In this document: piece after piece, positions 10,525-24,107 of the stretch
Layout: every line of letters starts with the position of its first letter
How positions within the stretch are numbered: position 1 is the stretch's first letter
Source: Bryobacterales bacterium
GTDB taxonomy: Bacteria; Acidobacteriota; Terriglobia; Bryobacterales; UBA6623
Direction of reading: 5' to 3'
Length of the DNA: 64,000 nt
NCBI GenBank assembly: GCA_963422375.2
Contig: OY729427.2
Coordinates: 544,001-608,000, forward strand
The notes under the pieces: model-generated
What the model saw: the letters and a program-made list of their open reading frames with translations, nothing else
Database searches by the model: none
What the model was told of the DNA's origin: nothing
Made by a program: the position numbers and the translations under genes

Positions 10525-11912
10525 GGGAATTATATATCTGAGTGCCGACGACGCCATATCCGGCTAGAACTGCTCTGATTGGGGACATCGGCGTCTAGCT
10601 CGGGTCTCTCATGTGCGGCCGAGCTCGGCACTGAAAGGTCGGTTCGTATCTGAATCGCACCTGCAAGCGGATTTCGCGGCGCACGGACTAGAGAGACCGC
10701 CTCGGATGCCCCGGTGGAACCCGGATTGCCGTGGAGAGGCTCCCCTTCCAGGACGGCTGCATCTATGAATCGTCCGGGCTGGACACCGGTCGCGGCGCGG
10801 GATTCCGGATCCGGAGCGCCCTTCGCACCGAGCGTCAAGAGAGGCCGCAGCGAACCGGCTAGGCCGTGCTCGGGCCGCGACCGCGGCCTTGCCGACCAGT
10901 TGCCGGTAGGTCAGCGTCCGGCCGACCAGGCCCCGCGCCGCATCCGTTCCGCCGTGTCGCAGTTGCGGGCGTTGCGCCGTCCCGCGAACTCCGTGAGGTA
11001 GCGGCCCGAATGGCGGACGCTCATCCGGTGATAGGTTCCGTAGAGGCCGCGCTTCAACAGGGACCGGAACGACTCGATGCCGTTCGTACGCGCTGTCCCG
11101 CGCACGTACTCGCCGCCGGAGTGCTTGACGCCCTCGTGCGCGAACTCCGCCATGCCGGCGCAGGCCGCCGCCTCGTCGGAGCGGACCTGCGCGCCCGGCG
11201 CGACCCGGCCGCGCACGAAGCCCTGCAGGTCGCCCTCGGTCGTGCCCGGCAGCGGCCGGGCGGCCGCTGCGTTCGTGGCGCGGTCCCGCGCGCCCGCCAC
11301 GGGGGTCTTGCCGGCCGGCCCGCGCCCGGCGCGGGCCTTCTTGCTCTCGTGCTTGTTGCGCTCCTTGCCGCCGACGTACGTCTCGTCCGCTTCCACCGGG
11401 CCGACGAACAGGTCCCGGTCCCGCTCCCGGCACGCGCGGATGCGGTGCGCCAGGTGCCGGGCCGACTTCCGGCTGATGCCCGGGTCGCGGTGCAGCTTCA
11501 TGCCGGAGACGCCCTTGAGGCCGGTGGTCAGCAGGAACAGGGCCATGGCCCGGACGCGGTAGCCGAGCTTGGTGTCGGCCATCACGCTGCCGGCGCGCAC
11601 GGAAAAGCGCTTGCCGCAACCGCGGCAGCGGGGGCATGCCGGACCGTCCGGCCAGCGCACGGAGGCGAACCACTCTTCCGCGGATTCGTCATCGGGGAAC
11701 ATGGCGATCACTTCGATCAAGGTGATGCCTTTACGAAACCACTTCCCGGGACCCTTCTGCTTCGACTTCTTCAACGAAGACCTCCTATATTGGAACTATT
11801 CTATCAAGAAACTCCACAGACTGTCAACAGATATCCGGAAGACATATCAAATTCCTTTATGGATTGATAATTTGCCAAATCGGTTGCCTCGGCACTCAGA
11901 TATATAATTCCC
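10525..11912 (-). mobile_element. IS1595-family element nested in the right end of IS1380 copy 1
   Basis: Perfect 24-bp IRs GGGAATTATATATCTGAGTGCCGA (10525-10548 and 11889-11912); 8-bp TSD TTTCGGAA (10517-10524 and 11913-11920). IS1380 copy 2 has the single empty site. Confidence 0.95.
10911..11774 (-). pseudogene. IS1595-family (ISXO2-like) transposase, probably inactive
   Basis: RWPDGPACPRC (zinc ribbon appears shortened), VEADETYVGG, TNGIESF, YHRMS..YLTEF. Several conserved W/L positions read R/P and the 3' end appears frameshifted. Confidence 0.85.
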
Positions 11913-11996
11913 TTTCGGAAGCAGCTTTGGCGGCCATCGAGGGCCCAGAAACTGGATCCATGGGCCTGCGCCGCATTCGTGAATAATGCGGGCTAG

Positions 11997-13011
11997 CCCT
12001 CAGCCGGTTGCTCCTGATACTGGCCTTCGACCGGGAGGGCTGGAGCGCGGACCCGACCGCTCGGAATATAGCCGTGGCAACGAAGGGCAAGGGCCCTCGC
12101 GAAGAGATCTGGCAGGAGACCGACTTCCGCGACATTGATCCGTATTCCGAAAATCTGAGGTTGAATGTCGAGCGCGGGCGGCAAGCTTACAGGCGGGACT
12201 TCAGTTTCTCGGCCTCCACGCCTGCCAGGTTCCAAGCGGACACAATTGACCTGCGCGTCGTCGCCCGAACACGAGAAGCGGAATTCCGTCAAGGCAATCA
12301 GGTCATTCGCCATCGCGACTAGAGTCTCCGATACTTGTACCGAGACGCCGTGACACAGATCCAAGGAGTCGATGTCAAACTCGATCACCGATTGAAGTTG
12401 GGCTATGTCATGGATGTCGGAGACGAGGTTCCGAGCGAGATCGAGCAGATGCGAGCCGACTTCACTCTCTTGCAGACCGATGACCCAATCACCGGATCCT
12501 TGAGCGCCTACGGAGCGATAGTAGTCGGCACACGGGCCTACGCCGTGCGTCGGGACCTGATCAGCTACAACGAAGATCTGCTCGAGTACGTTCGCCAAAG
12601 GGCCAACTTGATTGTTCTCTATCAGACGCAGGAGCTCATTCCTAAAAAGTTGGCCCCTTCCCAGCCGATCTTCCGCGGAGAGCCGACGAAGTTTTGGAAG
12701 AGGACTCTCTGGTGCAAATCTTGAATCCTGAACGTGCGGTGTTTCAACGGCCAATCAAGATCATGGCGGCCGATTTCGACAGCTGCGTGGAGCAGAGAGG
12801 CTCCAATTGTTTCTCTAGTTGGGACGACGCTTACATTCCCCTAGTCGAGACGCAAGATCAGGGACAGGAACCACAAAGAGGGGGGTGGCTGACCGCGCGC
12901 TACGGACAGGGGCACTATACATACTTCGCCAACGCCGTTCATCGCCAGTTGCCGTACGGAGTGCCGGGAGCGTATCGGATCTTTGCCAACGTCCTGTCGC
13001 TTGGGCGCTGA
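11997..13011 (+). pseudogene. Remnant of the C-terminal part of a PIG-L/LmbE-family secreted protein
   Basis: Fragments GYVMDVGDEVP, IVVGTRAYAVR, VEQRG..FSSWD, HRQLPYGVPGAYRIFANVLSLG; in-frame TAG near 12320 and a frameshift near 12670; no N-terminal domain recognised. Confidence 0.75.
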
Positions 13012-13279
13012 CCCGAGCAGCCAAGCCGCCCGAGTATTCCGCGTCATCTTCTCCGCCAACCTGCTGACGGCGCAGGGGTGTCCGACAGACGTGTTGCGGA
13101 CAACCGTCTCGATGTCCCGACATGCGTGATGAGACGGTAACCGACCCGACGGAACGCGACGCTGGTTGCGGAATCAGGGCCTTGCGCGAGCCTTTGCGCG
13201 AGCCTGCTCGCGACTCTCTGGGCGGGGAAGGGGTCTGGAACGCATCGAGCGAGGCGCGACTAATCGTACCGCCTGCGCC

Positions 13280-14917
13280 TCACGAAAGATCCGGGCCGGT
13301 GCCGGAGCGAAATCCCGGCGGCACGCGGTGCCGGGTCGACTGCTCCAAAGCGAAGGCCAATCCCAGCAGCGCCGGCTCGGACCAGGCCGGACCGAAGAAG
13401 GAGACGCCGACGGGCAAGCCGTGCAGCGATCCGCCCGGCACCGTCACGTGAGGGTAGCCGGCCCGGGCCGCGGCCGAGGAACATCCGCGAAACGATGAGC
13501 GGTCTCCATGGACGAGATCCGTGACCCAAGCGGGGCCAGTCGTGGGTGCGAAGAGCGCGTCCAGCGAGTGCTTCGCGACGGTGCCGTCGATGGCCTCGCG
13601 CGCCACGTCCTTGGTCGCGGCCAAGTCTTCCAGATAGGCGGCGTCGGTGAGCGGCCCCTTCGCCTCGGCTAGCTCGAGAATGTCTTGCCCGAAATACGGC
13701 ATCTCGCGATCCCGGTTCTCCTCGTTGAACCGAATCACATCCCGCAGGGCGCGCACTCTGGCACTGGGGCCGAGATCGGCTAGGTACCGGTTGAGGCCCG
13801 CCTTGAATTCGTACAGCATGAGGTCGAATCCCGGCGCGTTCGTCGACGCGATTCCGGGCAGCGCCTCGAGATCAACGAGTGTCGCGCCAGCTTCGCGCAT
13901 GGCGGCGCAGGCGTCGTCGAGCAGCCTGTCAATTCCTCCGTGCGCGCCCCAGTATTCCCGCAGCAAGCCAATGCGTGCCCCGCGCAAAGCGTCGCTGTCA
14001 AGAAATACCGTGTAATCCTCGTGGGACTGGTCGGCGCTGGCCCGCGTCGCAGCGTCCCGCTCGTCCCGGCCGACGAGGGCCCCGAGCATGGCGGCCGCAT
14101 CCGCCACTGTGCGGGCCATCGGCCCGGCGGAGTCTTGGCTGTGCGCGATCGGCACGATTCCCGCCCTGCTGACGAGGCCGACAGTCGGCTTGACACCGAC
14201 GATGCCGTTGATCGACGACGGGCATACGATTGAACCATTGGTCTCTGTCCCTAGAGCGAGCGGGGCGATGCCCGCCGCGACTGCGACGCCGGACCCGGAG
14301 CTCGATCCGCACGGATTGCGCCCGAGGAAGTAGGGATTCAAGGTTAGCCCGCCGCGAGCGCTCCAGCCGCTGGTCGATCGCCTCGACCGGAAGTTGGCCC
14401 ATTCGCTCAGATTGGTCTTGGCAATCAGCACCGCGCCCGCGTCGCGCAGGCGCGCCGCGACCCAAGAGTCTCGAGGAGCGGCGGCACCTTCCAACGCGAG
14501 CGACCCCGCCGTCGTCTGCATTCCGTCGGCAGTAGCGATGTTGTCCTTGAGCATCACTGGAATGCCATGCAGCGGGCCGCGGACCCGGCCGACCTGCCGC
14601 TCGGCGTCGAGACGCGCCGCGACCCTCATCGCGTCCGGATTGATTTCAATGACGGAGTTCAGTACCGGGCCGGCGGAATCAATCTCAGAGATTCGATTCA
14701 GGTACGCCTCGCAGAGAGCTGCGGCGGTCCAGTGGCCCGACTCCAATCCGGCTTGGAGGTCGGCGACCGACATCTCGGCGAATTCGAAGGGAGGGACGGC
14801 CGCTGTGTCCGAGCGAGGTGCCCGGGACGCGCAGGCGTGCAGGCCCGGCACGGCCGAGATTCCTGCAGCCGCGAAGAAATCCCTTCGACGCAGCCTAGTC
14901 GACAGCAGCGCGTTCAT
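13280..14917 (-). CDS. Amidase-signature family enzyme with Tat signal
   Basis: RRRDFF twin-arginine motif; GPLHGIPVMLKDNI, GSSSGS, GTETNGSIVCPS. Start set at ATG 14917, 7 nt after TACGAT. Confidence 0.92.
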   Translation of the reverse strand: MNALLSTRLRRRDFFAAAGISAVPGLHACASRAPRSDTAAVPPFEFAEMSVADLQAGLESGHWTAAALCEAYLNRISEIDSAGPVLNSVIEINPDAMRVAARLDAERQVGRVRGPLHGIPVMLKDNIATADGMQTTAGSLALEGAAAPRDSWVAARLRDAGAVLIAKTNLSEWANFRSRRSTSGWSARGGLTLNPYFLGRNPCGSSSGSGVAVAAGIAPLALGTETNGSIVCPSSINGIVGVKPTVGLVSRAGIVPIAHSQDSAGPMARTVADAAAMLGALVGRDERDAATRASADQSHEDYTVFLDSDALRGARIGLLREYWGAHGGIDRLLDDACAAMREAGATLVDLEALPGIASTNAPGFDLMLYEFKAGLNRYLADLGPSARVRALRDVIRFNEENRDREMPYFGQDILELAEAKGPLTDAAYLEDLAATKDVAREAIDGTVAKHSLDALFAPTTGPAWVTDLVHGDRSSFRGCSSAAARAGYPHVTVPGGSLHGLPVGVSFFGPAWSEPALLGLAFALEQSTRHRVPPGFRSGTGPDLS

Positions 14918-14954
14918 GGGCCTCATCGTATCGCGAGGGTGACGTCGCGGCCTG

Positions 14955-16775
14955 CTATTCGGGCCGTGTCAAGCCGTACGGACGGAAGGCCTCAAACAGG
15001 CGGCCGGCACCGTCCAGACCAACGGCGCGCACGGACAGGGTGGCCGGATACGAACCCGTCAGGGAGCTCGGCACGCTGAAGCGACCTGATTGCGAGGTGC
15101 CGAGCACGCGAGCGCCGCGGCCCGAGCCCGCGACCTCGGCCGTCCAGAGCCAAAGCATGCGGCGGGCGGCGATGGTGTTCCTCGTCAGCGTGGCATTGAA
15201 ATCATGCTCCCTTCCGGCCTGGATCTCACCCGCGTCGGGCAGCTGAATCTCGAATGGGAGGTTCGCGGGCGAGTATTCGATCTCGCGAATCCGCGGCTTG
15301 GTCGACTCTAGGATGAACGACTTGTTGAAGCCCTGCTTCCTGCCCTCGCGCCGGAGGTACAGCACCCAGTCGCTGCTCTCGTCGGGAGTCCGGGAGGTGT
15401 AGCGGTCGCCCTTGAACTTCCTCTTCTGGTCCAGCCATGAACCGTCGGCGGGGTTGTACCAGCTCACCGAGTACTCCTGCTTCGGCATGACCATCTCGAT
15501 GATGCCCGGCTTCTCCGCGTAGACGATGTATTCGATGCCGACCGCTCTTTCCGCCCGGTAGGGGACGCGCTGCAACGCCAGTCCCGACCCGCCGACCACC
15601 CGGTAGTGCGGCTGCAGGTCGAAGTAACGCGACTGCGCGAAGAAACCCCATAGCAACGCAGCTTGGTCGGCACCGGGCGAGTCCGGTTCGACGCCGGTGT
15701 CCGCAAGGGTGACGTAGTGGCCGCGGGTCGCGGCGGTCCATGCTTGGCGGCGAGTGCCGTCGGCGCTCGCACCGGCCCCGACGCCGGTGCTGACGAAGGG
15801 TGCCGGGCGGGTCTCGAACTCTATCGAAGCCAGCGCCGGGTCGACGCGGTTCTGCGTGATGTAGTCCTGCCAGCCGTCCTCGGCTAGAGGGGCCGAGGTA
15901 ACGGTCGCGCCGGTCGACTTGGGGTGAGCGTACGGGTCGTACTTGTCCAATGATCCCGCCAGCTGCCTCGCGAGCCTCCCGCCGGCCTCGTGGCTCTCCC
16001 ACTCGAGCAAGGCCTGCCACGTGACGCTGTAGGCCGCGAAGCGCGCGCAGACGTAGCGGACGTAGTGATCGCGCTGCCGGAGCCGGGGGAAGAGGCGCTC
16101 GAGCTCCGCGCCAGAACTTGCGAGAACCAAGTCCGTGACGATGCCGAGGCCGCTTAGATACGCCACCCTCCGGTCCAATTCCCGGAAGTGCTCGACGAGA
16201 GGGTCTTCGGGGCCCTTAAACACCTCGGCCGCTCGCTCGGGAGGGCCGAGCACGAGCGCGCGCAGATGAGTGAATCCCTGCTCGGCGCGACGGTCGACCA
16301 AGGCCGTGAATCGGTCCCACGGAAGCCCTGCGAGATCCAAGACGCTGGCGCCGAGCCAGTAGTGCGGACTGTTGGTCAGGGGGTACTTGAAGTGCCGGAC
16401 GTTGAATACCTCGATGAAGCCCGGAGTCTCCGGGGCCACAGCCCGAAAGCTCCCTGTCTTTCTGTCGAGCGACTTGATGCCCGAGATGAAGCGGAAGTCC
16501 CAGCGTCCTTCGTAATCCGGGGAGAAACGTAGCACGAACTGTCTGCCGCCGTCCCAATAGGCCGACATGACCTTGGTGCGACCGCCTTTCGGCGACCTGA
16601 ACTCCGCACGCAGTGTCACGCCGGAGTACGGATTCCAATCCTCCGCGACCTCGTCGGCGGGGATCACGACGCGGATCTCGCACGGGCTGTAGACCGCGAC
16701 GGAGTCGCAGGCTTCAAACGCCTGGCCAGCCGCCAAGACCGGCAACATCAACGCTAGAGCCGCAAGCAACCGCAT
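14955..16775 (-). CDS. Secreted DUF5060/DUF4038 (apiosidase-like glycoside hydrolase fold) protein
   Basis: Signal peptide; FRSP..YWDGG..FVLRFSPDYEGRW; FRELDRRVAYL; YVCARFAAY; DPYAHP; WYNPADG. Confidence 0.7.
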   Translation of the reverse strand: MRLLAALALMLPVLAAGQAFEACDSVAVYSPCEIRVVIPADEVAEDWNPYSGVTLRAEFRSPKGGRTKVMSAYWDGGRQFVLRFSPDYEGRWDFRFISGIKSLDRKTGSFRAVAPETPGFIEVFNVRHFKYPLTNSPHYWLGASVLDLAGLPWDRFTALVDRRAEQGFTHLRALVLGPPERAAEVFKGPEDPLVEHFRELDRRVAYLSGLGIVTDLVLASSGAELERLFPRLRQRDHYVRYVCARFAAYSVTWQALLEWESHEAGGRLARQLAGSLDKYDPYAHPKSTGATVTSAPLAEDGWQDYITQNRVDPALASIEFETRPAPFVSTGVGAGASADGTRRQAWTAATRGHYVTLADTGVEPDSPGADQAALLWGFFAQSRYFDLQPHYRVVGGSGLALQRVPYRAERAVGIEYIVYAEKPGIIEMVMPKQEYSVSWYNPADGSWLDQKRKFKGDRYTSRTPDESSDWVLYLRREGRKQGFNKSFILESTKPRIREIEYSPANLPFEIQLPDAGEIQAGREHDFNATLTRNTIAARRMLWLWTAEVAGSGRGARVLGTSQSGRFSVPSSLTGSYPATLSVRAVGLDGAGRLFEAFRPYGLTRPE

Positions 16776-17917
16776 CTACCAGTGAGCATACTCGCACTAG
16801 GCACGCTGTCACAACGTAGCCTGCTGTCTCGCGGGGGCGTGGCGTGGTCGAGCCGATCGAGTCGCGTCTCGGCTGCGCCTGCGGACCACGCCCCCCTTGC
16901 GGAAGCACCCGCCGCTGTTGAAGGTCGCCTTGATTACGGCCAGGACAGGGGTGCGATGGAAGAACCCCGTGGCAAGTGCTTGCTCGACGGTGCGAGCAGA
17001 GCCGTCGCAATCCCGCCGTGACCGCGCCACGGGAGCCAACCGCCCCCTCCCGGAGTCTCACCGATCAAGTCCGGCTGTCCCTGCAACTGACCCCTTGGAG
17101 GTCGGAGTCGAGTCTCTCGGCGGTCTCATTGAAGGCCTTCGGGCCGTCGCGCCGCGGGGAGTCTTGTACGTGCGGGCAGGGAGCGAGGCGTGCAGCCCGT
17201 GTCGCGCGGGATCATTGGGAGAGCGGGTCAGTCCCCTGACCCGGTGCATCGAGAATCATCCGGGATGCGAGCGGCACGCGCATTGTGAAGGCAGCGTACT
17301 CCACAGATAAGTGTCGGAACTGGCCTCAACAGAGGGCGCAAACGGGAAGAACGACTCATGCGCTCCTCAGTACCGGCACCCGGCGAGCAGCTCGAGGTGT
17401 CGGAGGCCCGTCGGCGTGGGCGCCGCAGGCGGACCGCGCGCCGAGCAGCACCCCGGCGCTGCGCTAGTCCGCTTGACGTCGGCACTCCCTTGGTCACCGC
17501 CGGCGGTGGTAGTCCAGTCCCCAGGAGAGAGACCGAAGGAGTAGCCGCCGCGCTGGAGAAGAATTGCTCCAAGCGGTGTTTCAATGCCGAAGGTACATCC
17601 GCAAGAGAGTACCGTTATTGTCGAGACAGACACTAGTCGTCCACCGTACACCAGAATTCCTTGTCGCGGCTCGCATCTTGCGAGTTTATCAAGCCACCTC
17701 GGCTATCAATATACATCATTTTGAGCCATGGATCTCGCGGTTTATTGCCTTGATATACCGGTGGAGATTTTCCCCGAACTCCATCCACATATTAGGACAC
17801 TGTTCCTCCGATACAGTACACCATATCAGCGTGTATTGTCGTCCTAATAGTACTCCTATAGAATCCTAATAATTGCCTATATTACAACACATATGATTCA
17901 ATATTTGGCGTCATGGA

Positions 17918-19649
17918 CAGCGATTCTCAATTTGGGCATTTGGGGATTTCCAGAGTGTCTGAGAAAGGTGTCGAGGGCAGTCTGGCACTTGACTTTTCCT
18001 TGCGGTCCTTGCGGAATTTGTGAGCTAGGGTGAATGCCCCGTGTCCTGGACTCGCTGCCGAGCGCCTTCCGCGAGACGGCCGCCGGCCTGCCCGACCGGC
18101 GCGAGGGTCGCAGCAACAAGCGCTACGAGGTCAGCGACGCCGCCGGTTGCGCCCTGGTGCGCCCCGGCCTGCTTCTGCACCCGGTGCGAGTCGTTGCTCG
18201 CGTTCCAGCGGCGCATGGAGCGGGACGGCTCCCGCTGCAACTGCCGGACCCTGTTGGGCGCGGGCCGCATCCCCTGCGACAACCGGATCCGCAACTTGCT
18301 CGACGACCTCGACCCGGCCGCGTTCGACCCGCTGTTCCGGCCGTGCCTCGAAACCGTGGCCGCGCAGGGCGCGCTCGAGCCCTTCCAGCGCCTCGACGAG
18401 CGCCTGCCGGCGGCTCCGGACGGCGTCCGGTTCCACCGCTCCGACAGGGTGCATGGCCCGCAGTGCTCGGTGCGGCGCGTCGGCAGCGAGCGCCGGCCGC
18501 ATCACTTCCACGCCATGGCCGTCGGCCACCGCGGTGGCCGACGGCCACGCCACCGTCCTGCCGCTGATGCCCGAGTTCGCGTGCCCGCAGCAGGACCCGG
18601 CCGCGACCCGCGCCGACACGAGCGAGGACGAGCGCAAGCGGGACTGCGAGCGCAACGCCGCCAAGCGCTGGCTCGCCGCTCGCGGCGCCTGGCTGCAGGC
18701 CTGCCGCCCCGTCCTGCCGGGCGACGACCTGCACTGCTGCCAGCCGGTCTGCGAGGCCGCCGCGGCGGCCGGCATGGACTGCATCCGGGTAGGCAAGCCC
18801 GGATCCCGCAAGGGATTGTACGAGGTGCCGGAGAGCCGGCAGGCGAGCGGCGCGGCGCGCTCCACCGGCTGGCTGCCGCGGCGCGGGAAGGGCAAGCGGT
18901 CCGAGCGGCACCGTTTCCGCCGGACGGCCGCGGCGCCCCTGCGCCAGGGCCGCGACGCCCTGCGGGGCACTTGGCTCGAGTACGCCGTGGAGCGCGACGG
19001 CAAGCGCACCTGCGCCAGCAGCTTCTTCACCGGTCTCGCGGTCACCGCGGACAACGCGGAGCGGATCGCGCGGGCCGGCCGGGCGCGCTGGAAGATCGAG
19101 AACGAGGGCTGCAACTGCCTGGCGCGGCACGGCCGCAACTGCAAGCGCAACTTCGGGCACGGCAAGGAAGGGCCGGCCAACGTGCCGGCCGTGCCGAACC
19201 CGTTCGCCTTCGCGCTCCACGCCGTGGTGCAGTGCGTCTGCGCGCTGCGGCAGCAGTGCCGGCGCCAGCCGGTCACGCGCCGCGCCCTGTTCCAGGAGCT
19301 GCAGGTCGCGCTGCGCTGGTTCCGCTTCCCGGACCGGCCGGCGCTGCTGGCGGCGGTGCGCGACGGACGCGCGCCTCCGGGCTGCCAGGCGGCCGGGCAG
19401 CCGGGGCCTGGACTCCGCGCAGTTTCGTGCCGGCAGCGGCCGGCCGTCAAAGCCGGCTACCGCCGGAGTGCGTCCGGTCGCGGGCTCGGCACTCCGCGGA
19501 CCCGCGACGCGGGCCGCGCCACGGCCCTGCCCGCCGTCCGACGCTCCCGCGGGGCGGCCTCGGGAGCGCAACCTCTCGGTCAACTCATTCACCTCATCCT
19601 CCGAAACAACCTTCACGCACCCCCTTGACGGCCAAATTTAGAACCGCTG
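17918..19649 (+). mobile_element. ISNCY/ISAs1-like insertion sequence, degenerate
   Basis: Imperfect terminal IRs CAGCGATTCTCAATTTGG (17918-17935) and CCAAATTTAGAACCGCTG (19632-19649), 16/18 match; no clear TSD. Confidence 0.75.
18034..19400 (+). pseudogene. DDE transposase pseudogene (ISNCY-like), multiple frameshifts
   Basis: LPDRREG..NKRYEVSDA, IPCDNRIRNLLD, KRDCERNAAKRWL, GRARWKIENEG, NFGHGK spread over three frames; end coordinate approximate. Confidence 0.85.
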
Positions 19650-20696
19650 CCCAAGGATTCACTAGGTGGATCTCACCCGGGGCCGGGCTGGGTTCGGGGA
19701 ATGGGATCGAACGGCACTCCCGTGCGATTGGATCGCGCTGGGTCGGTGGGCCTCACGGCCCGAATGGAGGGACGTTCGTGAGTCCCTCCGAGGCGCTCAC
19801 GAGCGATCCGGGCTAGCGCAAGTGCGAGACCCGCCGAGCTCCGACCTTGGAATCGCGGCCCATCAAGGCCGCTTTCGGCTTGACCAGTCCCGTGCGTTGG
19901 CCACGCGAGAGGGCGGGCGCACTGGCAGGCACATCGGCCTGCTGAAAATCTAAAGGGCGGTGCTGCCGACGGCATCCAAGCAGAGTTCGACCGCCGGGCT
20001 GGCCGTTGCCAATTGCGCTTCGAGGTGCAACGGGAGTTGCGCTGGGTACCCTAACGAACCACTACTCAAGGAGGTCGGCCCTGGCTGTCGGATCTTCGCC
20101 AAGGGATCGGCCGGGAGCGAGCCAAGAACAGGAGGGACCGCCGTTCGATTGCCGGCATCCCTGCCCAGCGCTGGCACGAAAGCGGCCGCATCGGAGGGGG
20201 GCCATTCCCGGCAGGTCATGCAGACTTGCCAGCGATCACGAACAGACTCGAGTGCCACGCACAGCGACGGACTGCTGACGCTCGCGCCCCTGGGCGCGAG
20301 CGTCATCCCCGTCCCAGCGCCAGGTGGCGGGCTACAAGCGCGACTGGCCCAGCCAGCGCCCAAGCCGGAGAAGCGGATACGAAAGGGGGCGCTGCAGAGA
20401 CCGGTTTCGGAGCGTCCAGCCAGGTGTGCGTTCCCCTCAGAAGGGAGCTAGGTCGGGATTTCACAGCCAGCAGGCCGACTGCGGTGGTCCGCTCTGTAGC
20501 CCCTTGGAGCGATCCGCTGCGCGACCCTTTAGCGCTTTCACCGGGGAGCGGCCCGCGGCCAGGAGACCCGCATCGCATGGCCCCGGTACCGCGACCGGGT
20601 TTTCTTTCTCCGGATCTGGGGCGCTCGACCACGGAAGCGAGCGTGGTGGCCCCTCCCGCCAAGACCATGTGGGCGGGCCGGTCTACATTTAGGACT

Positions 20697-22106
20697 GTGC
20701 TGGCTAGGGTCGCCAGTCGGGCAGAGCGCGACAGCATGTTCGCCGGTTCCGAACGGATCGGCGTCGCGGTCTCCGGCGGCGCGGATTCCGTAGCACTGCT
20801 GCACGCCCTCGGCGAACTCTACCCCGGACGGTCGCTCGCGGCGGTCCATCTCAACCACAGCCTACGTGCCGAGGAGTCCGACGCGGACGAGGCCTTCGTG
20901 CGGGCCCTCGCCGCCCGGCTCGGCTGCGGCCTGTTGGTGCGGCGGGAGGACGTGGCCGCGCAGGCGCGGCGCGCCGGGCGCAATCTCGAGCAGGCCGGGC
21001 GAGTCAGCCGTTACCGATACTTCGGCGAGCTCCTCTCGGACGGATCCTGCGACGTAATCGCTACCGCACACACCCGTTCGGACCAAGCCGAGACCGTCCT
21101 GTTCCGGCTGCTGCGCGGCAGCGCCGGCAACGGCCTGAGCGGGATCTGGCCGTCACGCGCCCCTGGAATCGTCCGCCCGATGCTCGACGTGTCCCGTGAA
21201 GAGGTCGTCGCGTACCTTCGCCGCTCCCATCTCTTGTGGCGCGAGGACTCGAGCAACGCCGACGAACGCTACTCGCGCAACCGCCTGCGCCATTCCCTGC
21301 TGCCCCTGCTGCGCCGCGAGTGGAACCCCGGCGTCGAAAAGATCCTCGCCAACACCGCTGACTGGGCACTGGAAGAGGAGCGCTGCTGGCAGGGACGCGT
21401 GATCGAGCTCCGACGTCGCTGCGTCCGTGAATCACCGGCCGGTCTGATCCTCGATGTCGCCGCGGCTAGAGCGCTTCACATCGCCGAATTCCGCCGGCTG
21501 GTTGACGACCTGTTGCAATCCCCGCGATTCCGTCCCGGACGAGCCGGCTTCGAGCACATCGAGTCCGTCCGCCTGCTGGTGTTTTCGCCATCGGGTTCGG
21601 GAACCGTCGAGCTGCCCGGCGCGCGCGCCGAACGGTCGTTCGGCGAAGTCCTGCTCGCGCCGCTCCCGGGGCCCGAGGAGGCCCCCTACGACCTCCCATT
21701 GGCCGTGCCGGGCCTGACGTTCCTGCCCGGGGATTCCGGCAAGGGCGTGAAGACGCGCCTCCTCGGGGCAGCCGATACGCCCAAGCTGTACAATAAGGAT
21801 CAGCCTGCGCTTCTCGACTGGGACCTTGTTCCGCGGCACTTGCGGCTGCGGAATTGGCGCGCTGGCGACCGGTACCAGCCTGTCGGCCAGCAGTCGCCTA
21901 GGAAGATCACGGAACTGTTCGGACGATATCGGGTCAGCGCATGGAGACGGGCCGGGTGGCCGGTTGTGACTGCCTCGAATGACGCCGCGAAGTCAGGCCG
22001 CATAGTCTGGACGCGGGGTTTCGGCCCGGCGGGCGACCTCGCGGCGGGGCCCCGGAGCCGCCGTGTCCTAGCATTGGACGAGTCGGGCGGCGATTCCTCG
22101 CGTTAG
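20697..22106 (+). CDS. tilS: tRNA(Ile)-lysidine synthetase
   Basis: VAVSGGADS, HLNHSLR, TAHTRSDQAETVL, DSSN..RNRLR; directly upstream of ftsH. GTG 20697 follows TACATT by 7 nt. Confidence 0.95.
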   Translation: MLARVASRAERDSMFAGSERIGVAVSGGADSVALLHALGELYPGRSLAAVHLNHSLRAEESDADEAFVRALAARLGCGLLVRREDVAAQARRAGRNLEQAGRVSRYRYFGELLSDGSCDVIATAHTRSDQAETVLFRLLRGSAGNGLSGIWPSRAPGIVRPMLDVSREEVVAYLRRSHLLWREDSSNADERYSRNRLRHSLLPLLRREWNPGVEKILANTADWALEEERCWQGRVIELRRRCVRESPAGLILDVAAARALHIAEFRRLVDDLLQSPRFRPGRAGFEHIESVRLLVFSPSGSGTVELPGARAERSFGEVLLAPLPGPEEAPYDLPLAVPGLTFLPGDSGKGVKTRLLGAADTPKLYNKDQPALLDWDLVPRHLRLRNWRAGDRYQPVGQQSPRKITELFGRYRVSAWRRAGWPVVTASNDAAKSGRIVWTRGFGPAGDLAAGPRSRRVLALDESGGDSSR

Positions 22107-22173
22107 CTATCGCAATCGTCTCCACATGCGTCTTATCCAGTAGCGCGAACGCGCGGAAAAGGGACCGCAAGCT

Positions 22174-24087
<1,914 letters not shown>

Positions 24088-24107
24088 GCGGCGGTCGGCG
24101 GACGGGC

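Larger units (their letters stand above)
8663..11992 (+). mobile_element. IS1380-family element, copy 1 (degenerate; contains a nested IS1595)
   Basis: Terminal IRs CCCGGATAATTCATGA and TCGTGAATAATGCGGG; CTAG target duplication at 8659-8662 and 11993-11996; closely similar copy at 46547-47947. Confidence 0.92.

Noticed and set aside
19650..20690. Possible structured ncRNA upstream of tilS (e.g. hairpin GGAGGGAC/GTCCCTCC)
   Set aside because: Isolated hairpins are expected at this GC content; no known RNA motif recognised.
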